Of a DNA stretch of 64,000 nucleotides, positions 32,864 to 43,160 are shown one piece after another. The position numbers were made by a program, and so were the translations under genes. Source of the DNA: a virus (lineage: Duplodnaviria; Caudoviricetes); the IMG/VR virus record IMGVR_UViG_3300050343_000067, positions 13,716-77,715 of that record. One strand, given 5' to 3'. Under the pieces are notes generated by a model. It saw nothing but the letters and a program-made list of their open reading frames with translations, was not told where the DNA came from and did not search any database. Position 1 is the first letter of the stretch, and every line of letters starts with the position of its first letter.

Positions 32864-33200
32864 ACACGTACCTAAAGGTTGGGGATACGAAAAGTGGATT
32901 GTCAATAATGACAAATACTGTGGAAAACTTTTATTCTTTGAACCAGGAAAGAAATGTTCTTGGCACTATCATGAGTTGAAAGAAGAAACATTCTATATCC
33001 ACTCTGGTAAGATACAATTAGTATATGGATATGAGGATGATTTTACTGATGCAGACACAGTAATATTAAAACCTGGAGACAAATTTGAAGTCCCCAGGTT
33101 ATTGCGTCATCAGATGTTAGGTTTAGAAGAGACTGAAATGTATGAGTTTTCTACGACACACTTTGACTCTGATTCATATCGAGTAGTGAAAGGTGACTGA
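32850..33200 (+). CDS. Cupin protein, sugar(-phosphate) isomerase-like
   Basis: VPKGWGYE, CSWHYHELKEETFY, and HQM...EFST metal-binding cupin motifs. Confidence 0.8.
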   Translation: MTSFKHVPKGWGYEKWIVNNDKYCGKLLFFEPGKKCSWHYHELKEETFYIHSGKIQLVYGYEDDFTDADTVILKPGDKFEVPRLLRHQMLGLEETEMYEFSTTHFDSDSYRVVKGD

Positions 33201-33975
33201 TGTACGTCTCAATTGAGATGAACTCTTTGTTCTCCCATTTAAAATTAGCAACAGTATTGTATTGATACTTGTCCTTCAAATGTTCGGGGAAGGGGATCTC
33301 TTTGATCTCCGCCCCGAATTTTTTTGCGATAATTTCTGCTACCTGTCTGAATGAATAACATCTACCAGATCCAAGATCGTAGATACCAGACTCTTCTCCA
33401 TTGTTGTCTACAATATCTACAATGTCATCTACCCATATAAAATCTCGGAACATCTTTTCAGATCCCTCAAAAATTTCAATCACACCTTTCTCTACTGCTT
33501 GCTCTGTAAACTTGCTTACAGGACTGCGTTGATTACCTTTGTGTTCTTCACCTAGACCATATACATTGAAGAATCTAAATCCTTGAATAAGCTCAAACCT
33601 ATCAATATTTTCAGACACCCAAAGATCTACAGCAACCTTTGACTTTGCATACAGGTTGAGGGGATCCATACTACCATCATGCTTGTTACCATATACAGAA
33701 GCGGATGAAGCATACTTAACTGGGATACCATGCTCGATAGCAATCTCAAATAATCTAATAGAAAACTCTACGTTAAAACAATTAAGTCTTTCTTCGTCAG
33801 TGCATGTTGTAGAAGAGATGGCTCCCATGTGAATAATTTCATCAATGTCTTCCCATCCATGGAAGTTCTCAAGCATCGCCCATGCATTATAATCTTCTAC
33901 ACCAATGAATGGTTTATGTTTCTCTGCAAACTTCTTACCAATAAATCCATTGCACCCAGTAATCAGTTTAGGCAT
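33151..33975 (-). CDS. hldD: ADP-L-glycero-D-manno-heptose 6-epimerase
   Basis: ITGCNGFIG, HMGAISST, YASSASVYG, PLNLYAKSK, RFFNVYG, RDFIWVDD, IPFPEHLKDKYQ. Confidence 0.9.
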   Translation of the reverse strand: MPKLITGCNGFIGKKFAEKHKPFIGVEDYNAWAMLENFHGWEDIDEIIHMGAISSTTCTDEERLNCFNVEFSIRLFEIAIEHGIPVKYASSASVYGNKHDGSMDPLNLYAKSKVAVDLWVSENIDRFELIQGFRFFNVYGLGEEHKGNQRSPVSKFTEQAVEKGVIEIFEGSEKMFRDFIWVDDIVDIVDNNGEESGIYDLGSGRCYSFRQVAEIIAKKFGAEIKEIPFPEHLKDKYQYNTVANFKWENKEFISIETYISHLSLLDMNQSQSVS

Positions 33976-33990
33976 AGTATTGTAGACAGG

Positions 33991-33998
33991 TATAAATA
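33991..33998 (+). promoter_or_regulatory. T4-type late promoter TATAAATA
   Basis: Exact consensus upstream of 34032. Other exact copies at 11387, 11403, 19920, 24095 and 27693; (A/C)TAAATA variants precede 5805, 7262, 10181, 24497, 26780, 28611, gp17, gp18, gp20, gp22, 57295 and gp3. Confidence 0.8.
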
Positions 33999-34027
33999 AG
34001 TATAACACAGAAGGACTATAGCGACAA
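33999..34027 (-). promoter_or_regulatory. Sigma70-like promoter for hldD
   Basis: Minus strand TTGTCG-17 nt-TATACT with an extended TG, 24 nt upstream of the hldD ATG. Confidence 0.55.
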
Positions 34028-34031
34028 CCAG

Positions 34032-35171
34032 ATGTCTAATCCCACCTTTGGATATTTAGCGTCTCTTGTAACACCCCTAAAAACGAGAGTCGCATTACAC
34101 ACTGCAGAAGCAGGCAAGGTCGTAGAGGGTAAACTTGTCATTACACATAAAGACCCTTATCCTGTTAGGGTTAGGATCGGTGTATCCACTGGTGGAGTTC
34201 TTGACTTCAATCCAGAAAACTACATTCTCTATGATTATGAAATTGGTGAAGGTCAAAGTTACGAAAGTGATACGATCTACTATGGTAACAATCAAACTCT
34301 AGTTGTCTGGTCAACATGTGCGAGCACTACATTTGTCTTGCACGGTCAGATTAAAACTGACCCAACCGCTACTGGATTTGTAGCAGCAGCAATGCTGAAT
34401 CCTACAAAAACAAATACTACAATCTACTCTGTACCAACAGACGAAGAAGCTCTATTGAGTTTGTTTGTTGCTAACCAAAGTTCTAGTAACGCAAGATTTA
34501 GAATTGCAGTTGTTGATTCTAGTGTTGCACCTGCGGTTACTTCAGACCAATACATTGAATACAATCAAGATCTACTACCGAGAGTTTCTTATCAAAGAAA
34601 AGATATTAAGGTAAGAGGCGATCAAAGTATTGTAGCATACTCCGATAACCCAGATGTTTCCATTTCAGTTTATGCAAAATTTAACTACAGTGTAGTTGAT
34701 ACCGACTTCACAATCGGCGGTCAGTTAACTGTTGGTGGCGCAGCAATTCTGCAAGACACTTTAGAAGTGAGGCAGACAGCAACATTCAAAGAAACTCTGG
34801 ATGCAGAAAAAGCAGTTACGATTGGCACTGATGCTGTACCAGCCAATCTAACAGTGAAAGGTGATGTTGCTGTTGGATCTGCATCCATAGCACAATCAAC
34901 AGGAAACATTTCTACCCCAGGTATTTTAACAGCAAACACAATTGCAACCAGTGGTAATATTGTTGCTGGATCTAATAAAGTAGTTCTGGATGGATCTGCA
35001 GGGGACCTTACTATGCAAGGACAATTAACTGTAGTAGGAGGATTCGCAGGTGATTTGAATCTTCTAAATAATAAAGTAACGAATCTGGCAGATCCTGCTG
35101 CCGCAACGGACGCTGCAAATCGCAAGTACGTTGATAGTAAAGTTGTAGCATTCTCTATCGCACTAGGATAA
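34032..35171 (+). CDS. Virion/fibre protein
   Basis: Two tandem domains like 24148..24468, beta-repeats, and VTNLADPAAATDAANRKYVD fibre motif. Confidence 0.75.
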   Translation: MSNPTFGYLASLVTPLKTRVALHTAEAGKVVEGKLVITHKDPYPVRVRIGVSTGGVLDFNPENYILYDYEIGEGQSYESDTIYYGNNQTLVVWSTCASTTFVLHGQIKTDPTATGFVAAAMLNPTKTNTTIYSVPTDEEALLSLFVANQSSSNARFRIAVVDSSVAPAVTSDQYIEYNQDLLPRVSYQRKDIKVRGDQSIVAYSDNPDVSISVYAKFNYSVVDTDFTIGGQLTVGGAAILQDTLEVRQTATFKETLDAEKAVTIGTDAVPANLTVKGDVAVGSASIAQSTGNISTPGILTANTIATSGNIVAGSNKVVLDGSAGDLTMQGQLTVVGGFAGDLNLLNNKVTNLADPAAATDAANRKYVDSKVVAFSIALG

Positions 35172-35185
35172 TACGGAGTTTATAA

Positions 35186-38100
35186 ATGGCAAAAAGACAA
35201 ATTAGAGACTATGTATTCTCCCCAGGAATTGCTGGTGCAGGTACGCTAAAGATTCTTGACAAGGTAGATGTTGATCAAATTTTGATCATCAGTAACGCTA
35301 GTAAAAATATTTTCTTATATAATTTTAGTGATCCATCACTACCAATTTCAGTTGATTTTACATCAACAACAGATGGATCAGATCCTGATTTTCCATACAG
35401 TAATACATTATCTAATGGTGTAACTACCATTACATTTTTGTATGATACTTCTTCGCATTTTGCATCTGACAACATTCTAATTTTTGTCGAAGCAGAAGAG
35501 CAGAGAACTAGACCATACGACTTCGGTACTGATGCTATCGAACGTATGAGGATGGCAACACCTCAATCGATGCTTGACGCTGACTTTGAGTACGGCATCC
35601 AACCAACCAAGTGGCAGTCTCTTGACTTGCTACGTGGTTATCCTTCGATCTATGAAGTTCCTGGTTCAGACATCAGTCTTGAAACCGTAACGACTGATGC
35701 ATCTTTTGGTTCTGGTTCAATTGGTCCTTCTAAAATTACTATTGATACAACTCTAGATCATGGTTTGGTTGTTGGAGATCCCGTCTCTATCAAAGGTCTC
35801 GATGATTCTGTTCCAGGTTTTGCTAAAGCAGAAGGTTCGTTTATTATCGACTCTGTTCCATCCGCAACACAGTTTACTTATTATGCCAAAGCAAGAGTAG
35901 GTACAACACCTGCTACTGCACTGAAATCTTCATTCACAATTCTGAAGCAAGCTGGTTTCTACACTGGTGCTGCAATCGGTACAAGTCCAACATTTAGTGT
36001 AGTAACACAGGGTGCTAGTGGTAACTTTGCAACTAGAGGATCTGCTGCCCAAGGTGCTACTAAACTTGGTGTATCAGCAGCTTCTGTACTACCACCTATT
36101 GGTGCTCCTCTTGGCGGCACAGGCATTGCAACAGGCACCCAGGTAACTGCTGTTATTGATACTAATGCAGTATTAAACATTACTGATTCATTCACTGCCC
36201 CAGTATCTGAAATTACTTTTAATGATACTGCAAATATTGAGGTTGGTGCTGGTCTAGACAATGGAGCTGGTGAAACAGTTTTTGTTACTAACATTTTAGG
36301 TAATGTAGTTACTCTATCTTCTCCATATACTGTAAGCAAGACTGGTAATAGTTTTGTATCTCAACCTATCGCAGCTGGAGGTCTTAACTTTGGTAATGGT
36401 AGTGGCGCATCCTTTGACATCACAAGAACAAACGGTGCATACAGCAATGTAATTATAAACCCACAAAATTTTTATAATAGTGTTAACACTGGTGCATACT
36501 CGGGTCTAGGATCAGGAGCAACGTTTACCGTAGAAAGACTTGGTGGAGCATCTCCTTCATATCAGAATGTATTCCCCGCTAATGCTGGTAGTGGATATTC
36601 TGCTACAGAAACAATCGTCATTCCTGGGTCTTCACTAGGTGGTGCTGATACTACTAACGATCTTACGATTACTATTGCTAGTGTAGATGCTGTTGGTGTT
36701 ATCACATCTATCAATTTTTCAGGTACTGCATCTAATGCACAATCCCGAGCGGGTATTGATTTTGCTGTAGGAGAAGATCTGGTTGTTTATGGTAATGCAC
36801 TTGGTGGTACATCACCAACAAATGATCTCAACATCCACATCACTGCTGTTGGTGCTAATGGAGAGATCGATACATTTGATGTTACTGGTACTGCGGTTCC
36901 TTCCAGTCAAACATACAACGGTATCGAACAATCTAGCACCACTGCAACTGGTATCAACGCTAATTTTCAAATCGAGAGAGTTGGTGCTGGTCAGAATACT
37001 GCACAGGTGGATGAGGTCATCATTGGTGGTACAATCGAAGTTGATGATACATTCAAGATTACTCTTAATGGTACTACAGACTATACATACACAGCACTAG
37101 CAGGCGATACCACTACAGCAGTTAGAAATGCATTAATCAGTTTAGTCAATGCTTCTACGGTTGTTTATGCATCTAGTGGATCAACTAGTGGTAGTTTAGA
37201 TATTACCGCATTGTCTGCAGGAACTTCATTTACACTTTCTGTTCTTACAGAAGATGCTGGTGGCAATCCAGCTGATACACAAACAATGGTTACAAATAAT
37301 GTAACCCCCAACTTCAGCGCCAGTACCACACCTGCATACAATGTTACTATTGGAAACCCTGGTCAAAATTACGCCAACCTAGAAGAAATCACTATTAATG
37401 GTCAGGTTCTTGGTGGAACAACTGGGGTTAACGATCTAACCATTACGGTTCAAACAGTTGATGCACAAGGTGGTATTACTGGCATTACTCTTGCTGGCAC
37501 ACCTTGGGATGGTAACGAAACATATCTAAACTATACCGCCAACCCAACTGCATTTAATGCAACGTTTACACCAAGAATTTCTTCAGGAAGCTATGCTCCA
37601 GAAATTACTACTGGTGGTACTGGATATAAAATTGGTTACCAATTCTCAATTTCTGGTGCTTCTCTAGGTGGTTCTCCAACTACGAATGACATGACGATCA
37701 CCGTCAGTAACGTTGATGTTGCAGGAACTATCACAGAAGTTACGGCATCTGGAGTACCAGTCTCTGGAGATACAATTGCATTCTTCAAGGCAGTATCTTT
37801 GAGTGCTCCTACCACAAGTATTGTAGGAAATGGAACAACAGTTACATACTCGGCTATTGCGAAGATTAATGTAGCATTCGCAACTAACCACGGTCTAGTA
37901 CCTGGCGACACAATTCTGGTATCAATTACGTCAAGTTCATCTGGTCATGATCTAGCATCTGGACCATTCTTTGTGGATGAAGTACCTGGTCTAGACAACT
38001 TTACTTACACAGCAAGATCAACTGGTACTGTTACACCTAGTGGTATTTCTGGTTCTGTATATCCAAGAACTGATTCATTCTATACACACAGACCATTTGA

Positions 38101-40198
38101 TGGTGGTGTTCAACTAGGAACTGGATCTCCTGCACACGGCGCACAAGCAGTTCGTCAGTCTAAAAAGTATATCAGATATCAGTCTGGTAAAGGTATCATG
38201 TATACCACTGGTGCTTTGTTCGCACCTTCTTACGATTTAAGAAGTGTAGATGCTGACGGCACTTCAATTGGTAGTATCATTACTTGTGTTACTGATGACC
38301 TCAACCACGGTCTACAGGTTGGTGCTGAAGTTCAATTGGTAGGATTAACAACAGCAGGATATAATGATCACTACACCGTAGCGTCAGTCATTGATGAAAT
38401 TACATTTACTGTTCTTGCACAGAATAACCTAGCAGCTACATCAGCATCATTTGGTGATCAACCAGTTGTTGCTCTGTATAGATGGCAGGGTGCTACTGTT
38501 CGTGCTGGTGCATTTGATGATCAGAACGGTATCTTCTTCCAGTATGATGGATCTAACCTTGCTGTTGGATTGAGATCTTCTACATTCCAAATTGCTGGTA
38601 CGGTAGTAGCAACTTCAGACTCTAACGAACTTACTGGAACTAACACCAAGTTTACTGAACAGTTATCTGTTGGTGACAGAATTGTCATTCGTGGTATGTC
38701 TCACGTTATCACCAAAATTGATAACAACTCTAGACTGTATATGAACCCAGACTTTAGAGGAGTCTCTAACGCAGTTAACGTTAAGGCAGCACTGACTAAA
38801 GAAATTATCATCCCACAAAATCAGTGGAACATTGATAGATGCGATGGAACTGGTAAGTCTGGATTTGACATCCAAATCAACAGGATGCAAATGATTGGAT
38901 TCCAATACACCTGGTATGGTGCTGGATTCATTGACTGGATGTTCAGAGGTCCATCGGGTAACTTCACATTCTGCCATAGACTGAAGAACAACAACAGAAA
39001 TAACGAAGCATTCATGCGTTCTGGTAACCTACCTGTTCGCTATGAGGTTATCAACGAAGGTGCTAAAGGTAGACTAGCAAATCAATTGGCTCAAGGAGAA
39101 CTTGATACGATTGCACTTAAAGATGGATCTTTGTTCCCCAACAATGGAACGCTACTGATCAATAATGAAATTGTAAGATACACTAATAGAACAGTTAATA
39201 ATCTAACAGGTCTTACTAGATCTGCAAATTACACTAACTTTGCTGCAGGTTCTCAAAGAACATACAAAGCAGGTAGTGCTGCACAACACGCAGAAAACAC
39301 TGGTGTTATTCTACTATCAAACACAGCAACACCACAGATTAATCACTGGGGTTCTGCATTCCTAACTGATGGTGGATTCGATGAAGATCGTGGATACCTA
39401 TTCAACTACCAAGAAAAGGAAGTTGAACTTACAACTACCAAGTCTACAATTTTCTTGATCAGACTATCTCCTAGTGTTTCTAATGCTATCACTGGTGACC
39501 TAGGTGAGAGAGAACTAATCAACCGAGCACAGCTGCTACTCAAGAACATTGAGATTACTGCACAGGGTGGATCAAGTTCACAAGGTATCATTATTGAGGG
39601 TGTTCTCAATCCCAAAAACTACCCAACCGATCCAAACGATGTTACCTGGGCAGGTTTGAATACAGGTGGTTCTGGTGGACAACCATCGTTTGCACAGATT
39701 GCATCTGGTGGTGATATTACTTTCATCGGTGGTATCTCTCCAGTTTCAGCATCAAACGCTGGCACACAAAACTACAGTTCCAACTATGTCTTCTTCAATA
39801 CCTCCGACATCTCTGGTGTACAGATTGGTTTTGAGGTAACTGGTGGTGACTTGAGAGGAGGAACCACTGTTGCTGACATCTTCAGAAGAAATAACAGCAC
39901 AACCTGGATCAGATTCTCTGACAGAACTAGAGCTGGCACTTCAGGATCTACTACCTATGTGTTTGCACCTCTAACTGGTGCAGCAACTCCTGGAGAGCAG
40001 GTCTTTGCATTCACTGCAGCACCTGGTTCCAGAGATAACATCGATCTATCAGAACTGAAGGAACTTACTAACACTCCTATCGGTGGTAGAGGTACATTCC
40101 CCAACGGTCCAGACGTACTAGCGATCAACGCTTATCTAACGTCTGGTAGCGCAGTTAATGCTACGATCAACATTCGCTGGTCTGAAGCACAGGCATAA
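35186..40198 (+). CDS. Large virion structural protein (1670 aa)
   Basis: DADFEYGIQPTKW, repeated GxxLGGxxxTNDLTIT, HGLxxGD repeats, RYQSGKG, WYGAG. Confidence 0.8.
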   Translation: MAKRQIRDYVFSPGIAGAGTLKILDKVDVDQILIISNASKNIFLYNFSDPSLPISVDFTSTTDGSDPDFPYSNTLSNGVTTITFLYDTSSHFASDNILIFVEAEEQRTRPYDFGTDAIERMRMATPQSMLDADFEYGIQPTKWQSLDLLRGYPSIYEVPGSDISLETVTTDASFGSGSIGPSKITIDTTLDHGLVVGDPVSIKGLDDSVPGFAKAEGSFIIDSVPSATQFTYYAKARVGTTPATALKSSFTILKQAGFYTGAAIGTSPTFSVVTQGASGNFATRGSAAQGATKLGVSAASVLPPIGAPLGGTGIATGTQVTAVIDTNAVLNITDSFTAPVSEITFNDTANIEVGAGLDNGAGETVFVTNILGNVVTLSSPYTVSKTGNSFVSQPIAAGGLNFGNGSGASFDITRTNGAYSNVIINPQNFYNSVNTGAYSGLGSGATFTVERLGGASPSYQNVFPANAGSGYSATETIVIPGSSLGGADTTNDLTITIASVDAVGVITSINFSGTASNAQSRAGIDFAVGEDLVVYGNALGGTSPTNDLNIHITAVGANGEIDTFDVTGTAVPSSQTYNGIEQSSTTATGINANFQIERVGAGQNTAQVDEVIIGGTIEVDDTFKITLNGTTDYTYTALAGDTTTAVRNALISLVNASTVVYASSGSTSGSLDITALSAGTSFTLSVLTEDAGGNPADTQTMVTNNVTPNFSASTTPAYNVTIGNPGQNYANLEEITINGQVLGGTTGVNDLTITVQTVDAQGGITGITLAGTPWDGNETYLNYTANPTAFNATFTPRISSGSYAPEITTGGTGYKIGYQFSISGASLGGSPTTNDMTITVSNVDVAGTITEVTASGVPVSGDTIAFFKAVSLSAPTTSIVGNGTTVTYSAIAKINVAFATNHGLVPGDTILVSITSSSSGHDLASGPFFVDEVPGLDNFTYTARSTGTVTPSGISGSVYPRTDSFYTHRPFDGGVQLGTGSPAHGAQAVRQSKKYIRYQSGKGIMYTTGALFAPSYDLRSVDADGTSIGSIITCVTDDLNHGLQVGAEVQLVGLTTAGYNDHYTVASVIDEITFTVLAQNNLAATSASFGDQPVVALYRWQGATVRAGAFDDQNGIFFQYDGSNLAVGLRSSTFQIAGTVVATSDSNELTGTNTKFTEQLSVGDRIVIRGMSHVITKIDNNSRLYMNPDFRGVSNAVNVKAALTKEIIIPQNQWNIDRCDGTGKSGFDIQINRMQMIGFQYTWYGAGFIDWMFRGPSGNFTFCHRLKNNNRNNEAFMRSGNLPVRYEVINEGAKGRLANQLAQGELDTIALKDGSLFPNNGTLLINNEIVRYTNRTVNNLTGLTRSANYTNFAAGSQRTYKAGSAAQHAENTGVILLSNTATPQINHWGSAFLTDGGFDEDRGYLFNYQEKEVELTTTKSTIFLIRLSPSVSNAITGDLGERELINRAQLLLKNIEITAQGGSSSQGIIIEGVLNPKNYPTDPNDVTWAGLNTGGSGGQPSFAQIASGGDITFIGGISPVSASNAGTQNYSSNYVFFNTSDISGVQIGFEVTGGDLRGGTTVADIFRRNNSTTWIRFSDRTRAGTSGSTTYVFAPLTGAATPGEQVFAFTAAPGSRDNIDLSELKELTNTPIGGRGTFPNGPDVLAINAYLTSGSAVNATINIRWSEAQA

Positions 40199-40208
40199 GG
40201 AGTAACTA

Positions 40209-41040
40209 ATGGCAGAACCCTCAAGTAGACAAGAACTCAAAGATTATTGTTTGAGGCGTCTCGGTCATCCAGTTCTTGAAATTAACGTAGATGATGATCA
40301 ACTGGATGACTTGATCGATGATGCTTTCCAATACTATAGAGAGCGTCATTTTGATGGCGTTGAACAAATGTATCTCAAGCATGAGATTACAGCAGACGAT
40401 GTAGCACGTTTTGATGTGCTGATGAAACGTCATCAACACCAGCTCCTGATGCATCTACCTGGTTGCAACTAGAAAAAACTTTATTGAAATTCCAGAACAT
40501 ATAGTTGGCATCTCCAAAGTGATGGGTATCTCATCTAACTTTGCGAGAAACAATCTCTTTGGTATGAATAACCAATACTTCCTGATGGATATCTTTTCGT
40601 TCTCATCAGGATTTGCTTTTGGTAATTTTGATATGTCAAATTACTATATGCTCAAGCAATATTTTGAGACACTTGACATGATTGTCCAGACTGGATCATT
40701 GGTTCAGTATAGATTTAATCAAAGATCAGACAGGTTGTATCTTGATATTGATAAAGCAAGAATGATTGAAGGTAATTATTTGTTGATTGATTGTCAACGT
40801 TATCTTAATCCAGAAACTTTTACTCAAGTATATAACGATAGTTTTATTAAGCAATATCTAACTGCACTGATCAAGAGACAGTGGGGTCAGAACCTAATCA
40901 AGTTCAACAACGTACAGCTGCCTGGTGGTGTATCACTCAATGGTAGACAGTTGTTTGAAGATGCACAAAAAGAAATTGATGCTCTCATGGAGAAGAGTTC
41001 TTCTTACTATGAACTTCCCCCAATGGATATGATCGGATGA
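40209..41040 (+). CDS. gp13: Neck protein gp13 (indels near 40415 and 40465)
   Basis: ELKDYCLRRLGHPVLEINVDDDQ; KQYLTALIKRQWGQNLIKF...LPGGV. Confidence 0.9.
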
Positions 41041-41915
41041 AAAGTATTTACTTTCCTCAACACGGTGGTGTTAGTACAGAGCAATCACTTATCCAAAGTT
41101 TAGTGGATGAGCAGATTAGATTGTTCGGTAGTGATGTCTACTATCTTCCTCGGAAGATGATTAAAGATGTAGCATTGAATGACATTTTGTATTCCGAGTT
41201 TAATACTCAATACATGATTGAAATGCTACTGATTAATGTTGAGGGATTTGGATCGCCGTCTGAATTCATTAGTAAGTTTGGTCTACGTATCACCGATGAG
41301 ATCACGATGGTGGTATCACAGAACAGATGGAGTCAGGTATTCCAAGAGTTTGCTGATGTTACAACTGTAGATGGCAGACCTAATGAGGGAGACCTTATCT
41401 ATCTACCACTTACTAATGATCTATATGAGATCAAGTTTGTAGAAAGAGAAGCACCGTTCTACCAGCTAGGTAAGAACTATATCTACACGATGACTGCAGA
41501 AATCTACGAGCTTGGTAATGATGAGTTCGAGACAGGCATCGAAGAGATTGATGTCATCGAAGAGATCTTTGCTCCTTCAATTACTCTTGCTATGGATACT
41601 GATGCAACAACTCATTATTCATTGGGCGAGATTGTAACTGGTGGAACCACAGGAACTACTGCAGAAGTATCGTTCTGGGATAGAGATACTCACGAACTCA
41701 AACTTATTAATAGGAATGGTAATTTTACACCAGGAGAATCTATCACTGGTGGTACTAGCGGAACAGTACAGAACAGTGTCACTGTAGATAATCTATCACT
41801 AGAAAACGTCCAGTACGCCGACAATAAATACATTGAGACTACAGGTAATGATTTACTTGATTTTACTGAAGTGAATCCATTCGGAGAGTATGGCAACGTT
41901 ACTGGTGAATTTTGA
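41037..41915 (+). CDS. gp14: Neck protein gp14
   Basis: DVYYLPR, SKFGL, RPNEGDLIYLP, PFYQLGK. Confidence 0.93.
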   Translation: MKSIYFPQHGGVSTEQSLIQSLVDEQIRLFGSDVYYLPRKMIKDVALNDILYSEFNTQYMIEMLLINVEGFGSPSEFISKFGLRITDEITMVVSQNRWSQVFQEFADVTTVDGRPNEGDLIYLPLTNDLYEIKFVEREAPFYQLGKNYIYTMTAEIYELGNDEFETGIEEIDVIEEIFAPSITLAMDTDATTHYSLGEIVTGGTTGTTAEVSFWDRDTHELKLINRNGNFTPGESITGGTSGTVQNSVTVDNLSLENVQYADNKYIETTGNDLLDFTEVNPFGEYGNVTGEF

Positions 41916-42724
41916 TGTTAGGACCACATTTTTATAACGAAGCGATTAGAAAAACAGTAATCGGTTTCGGTACACTATTCAATAATATTGAAATTAGAAA
42001 GAAAGATCCTTCTACTGGGGAAATATTAGAAGCAGAAAAAGTCCCGCTTGCTTATGGACCCAAGCAAAAATTTCTAACACGTATAGAGCAAAATCCAGAC
42101 GTTACTAATAAAGTAGCAATTACTGTACCTCGTCTGTATTTTGATATGACTAATATTACATACGACACTACTAGAAAAATTGCTCCTACTCAACGTCTCA
42201 AGAAGACTATTGATTCTGATGGAGAATCTCTTTCTGTACAATATGTACCAGTGCCTTATAACATAGAGTTTGAGCTAGGTATCATTGCCAAGTCTCAAGA
42301 TGATGGTCTGCAAATTCTTGAACAGATATTACCATACTTCCAACCTAACTTCAATATTACATTGAATATGATCCCTGAAATGGGAGAAAAGAAAGACGTT
42401 GCTATCAACTTAAATGGTATCAACTATGAAGATGAATGGGATGGTGATTTTTTAGATAGAAGAAGTATTGTATGGACTCTTAACTTTACTGCCAGATCTT
42501 ATATCTACGGTCCATTCACCAAAGCAGGTGTTATCAAGAAAGCAATTGTATACGAATCAATTGGAGACAAGAACGATTCGCCAGACAACAGAAATACAAA
42601 ACTTTCATACACACCTAAAGCATTGGAAGATAAAAATGCTGATGGTGTAATCAATGCTGCTGACGATGCACTTGTTATCAGTACAGATGACTTCGGATTT
42701 AATGAGGGAATTGAATTGCTATGA
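41915..42724 (+). CDS. gp15: Tail sheath stabiliser gp15
   Basis: FGTLFNNI, VPLAYGPKQKF, QILEQILPYFQP. Confidence 0.93.
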   Translation: MLGPHFYNEAIRKTVIGFGTLFNNIEIRKKDPSTGEILEAEKVPLAYGPKQKFLTRIEQNPDVTNKVAITVPRLYFDMTNITYDTTRKIAPTQRLKKTIDSDGESLSVQYVPVPYNIEFELGIIAKSQDDGLQILEQILPYFQPNFNITLNMIPEMGEKKDVAINLNGINYEDEWDGDFLDRRSIVWTLNFTARSYIYGPFTKAGVIKKAIVYESIGDKNDSPDNRNTKLSYTPKALEDKNADGVINAADDALVISTDDFGFNEGIELL

Positions 42725-43158
42725 AAGAATTTGAAAAGAACATGGAAGATATCTTTGATATCGAAGTCGAAAAAGAAGATAATGCAATTGAACAATCACA
42801 ACCATCCAAGCCTGTTCCCAAGAAACAAGAGCAGGATCATCAGGATAAAGATTATGACTATACCAGAGCACAACTATACAACCTCATAGACAAGGGTCAG
42901 GAGGCGTTCAACGGGGCGTTAGAGGTCGCACAGGAGTCAGGGCACCCAAGAGCGTATGAAGTCGCTGTGAACGCCATGAAGCAGGTAGCAGACACCACAG
43001 ATAAACTTCTGGATCTACAGAAGAAGATGAAGGATCTCGATGCTCCTACAAAAAACTCTGTGAATACAAAGACCACAAACAACTTATTTGTTGGTAGCAC
43101 AGCAGATCTGCAAAAGATGCTGAAGCAAATAAATAAACAAGAAGAGTCGGATTCATAA
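42721..43158 (+). CDS. gp16: Terminase small subunit gp16
   Basis: DYDYTR, HPRAYEV, NNLFVGSTADL. Confidence 0.93.
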   Translation: MKEFEKNMEDIFDIEVEKEDNAIEQSQPSKPVPKKQEQDHQDKDYDYTRAQLYNLIDKGQEAFNGALEVAQESGHPRAYEVAVNAMKQVADTTDKLLDLQKKMKDLDAPTKNSVNTKTTNNLFVGSTADLQKMLKQINKQEESDS

Positions 43159-43160
43159 AT

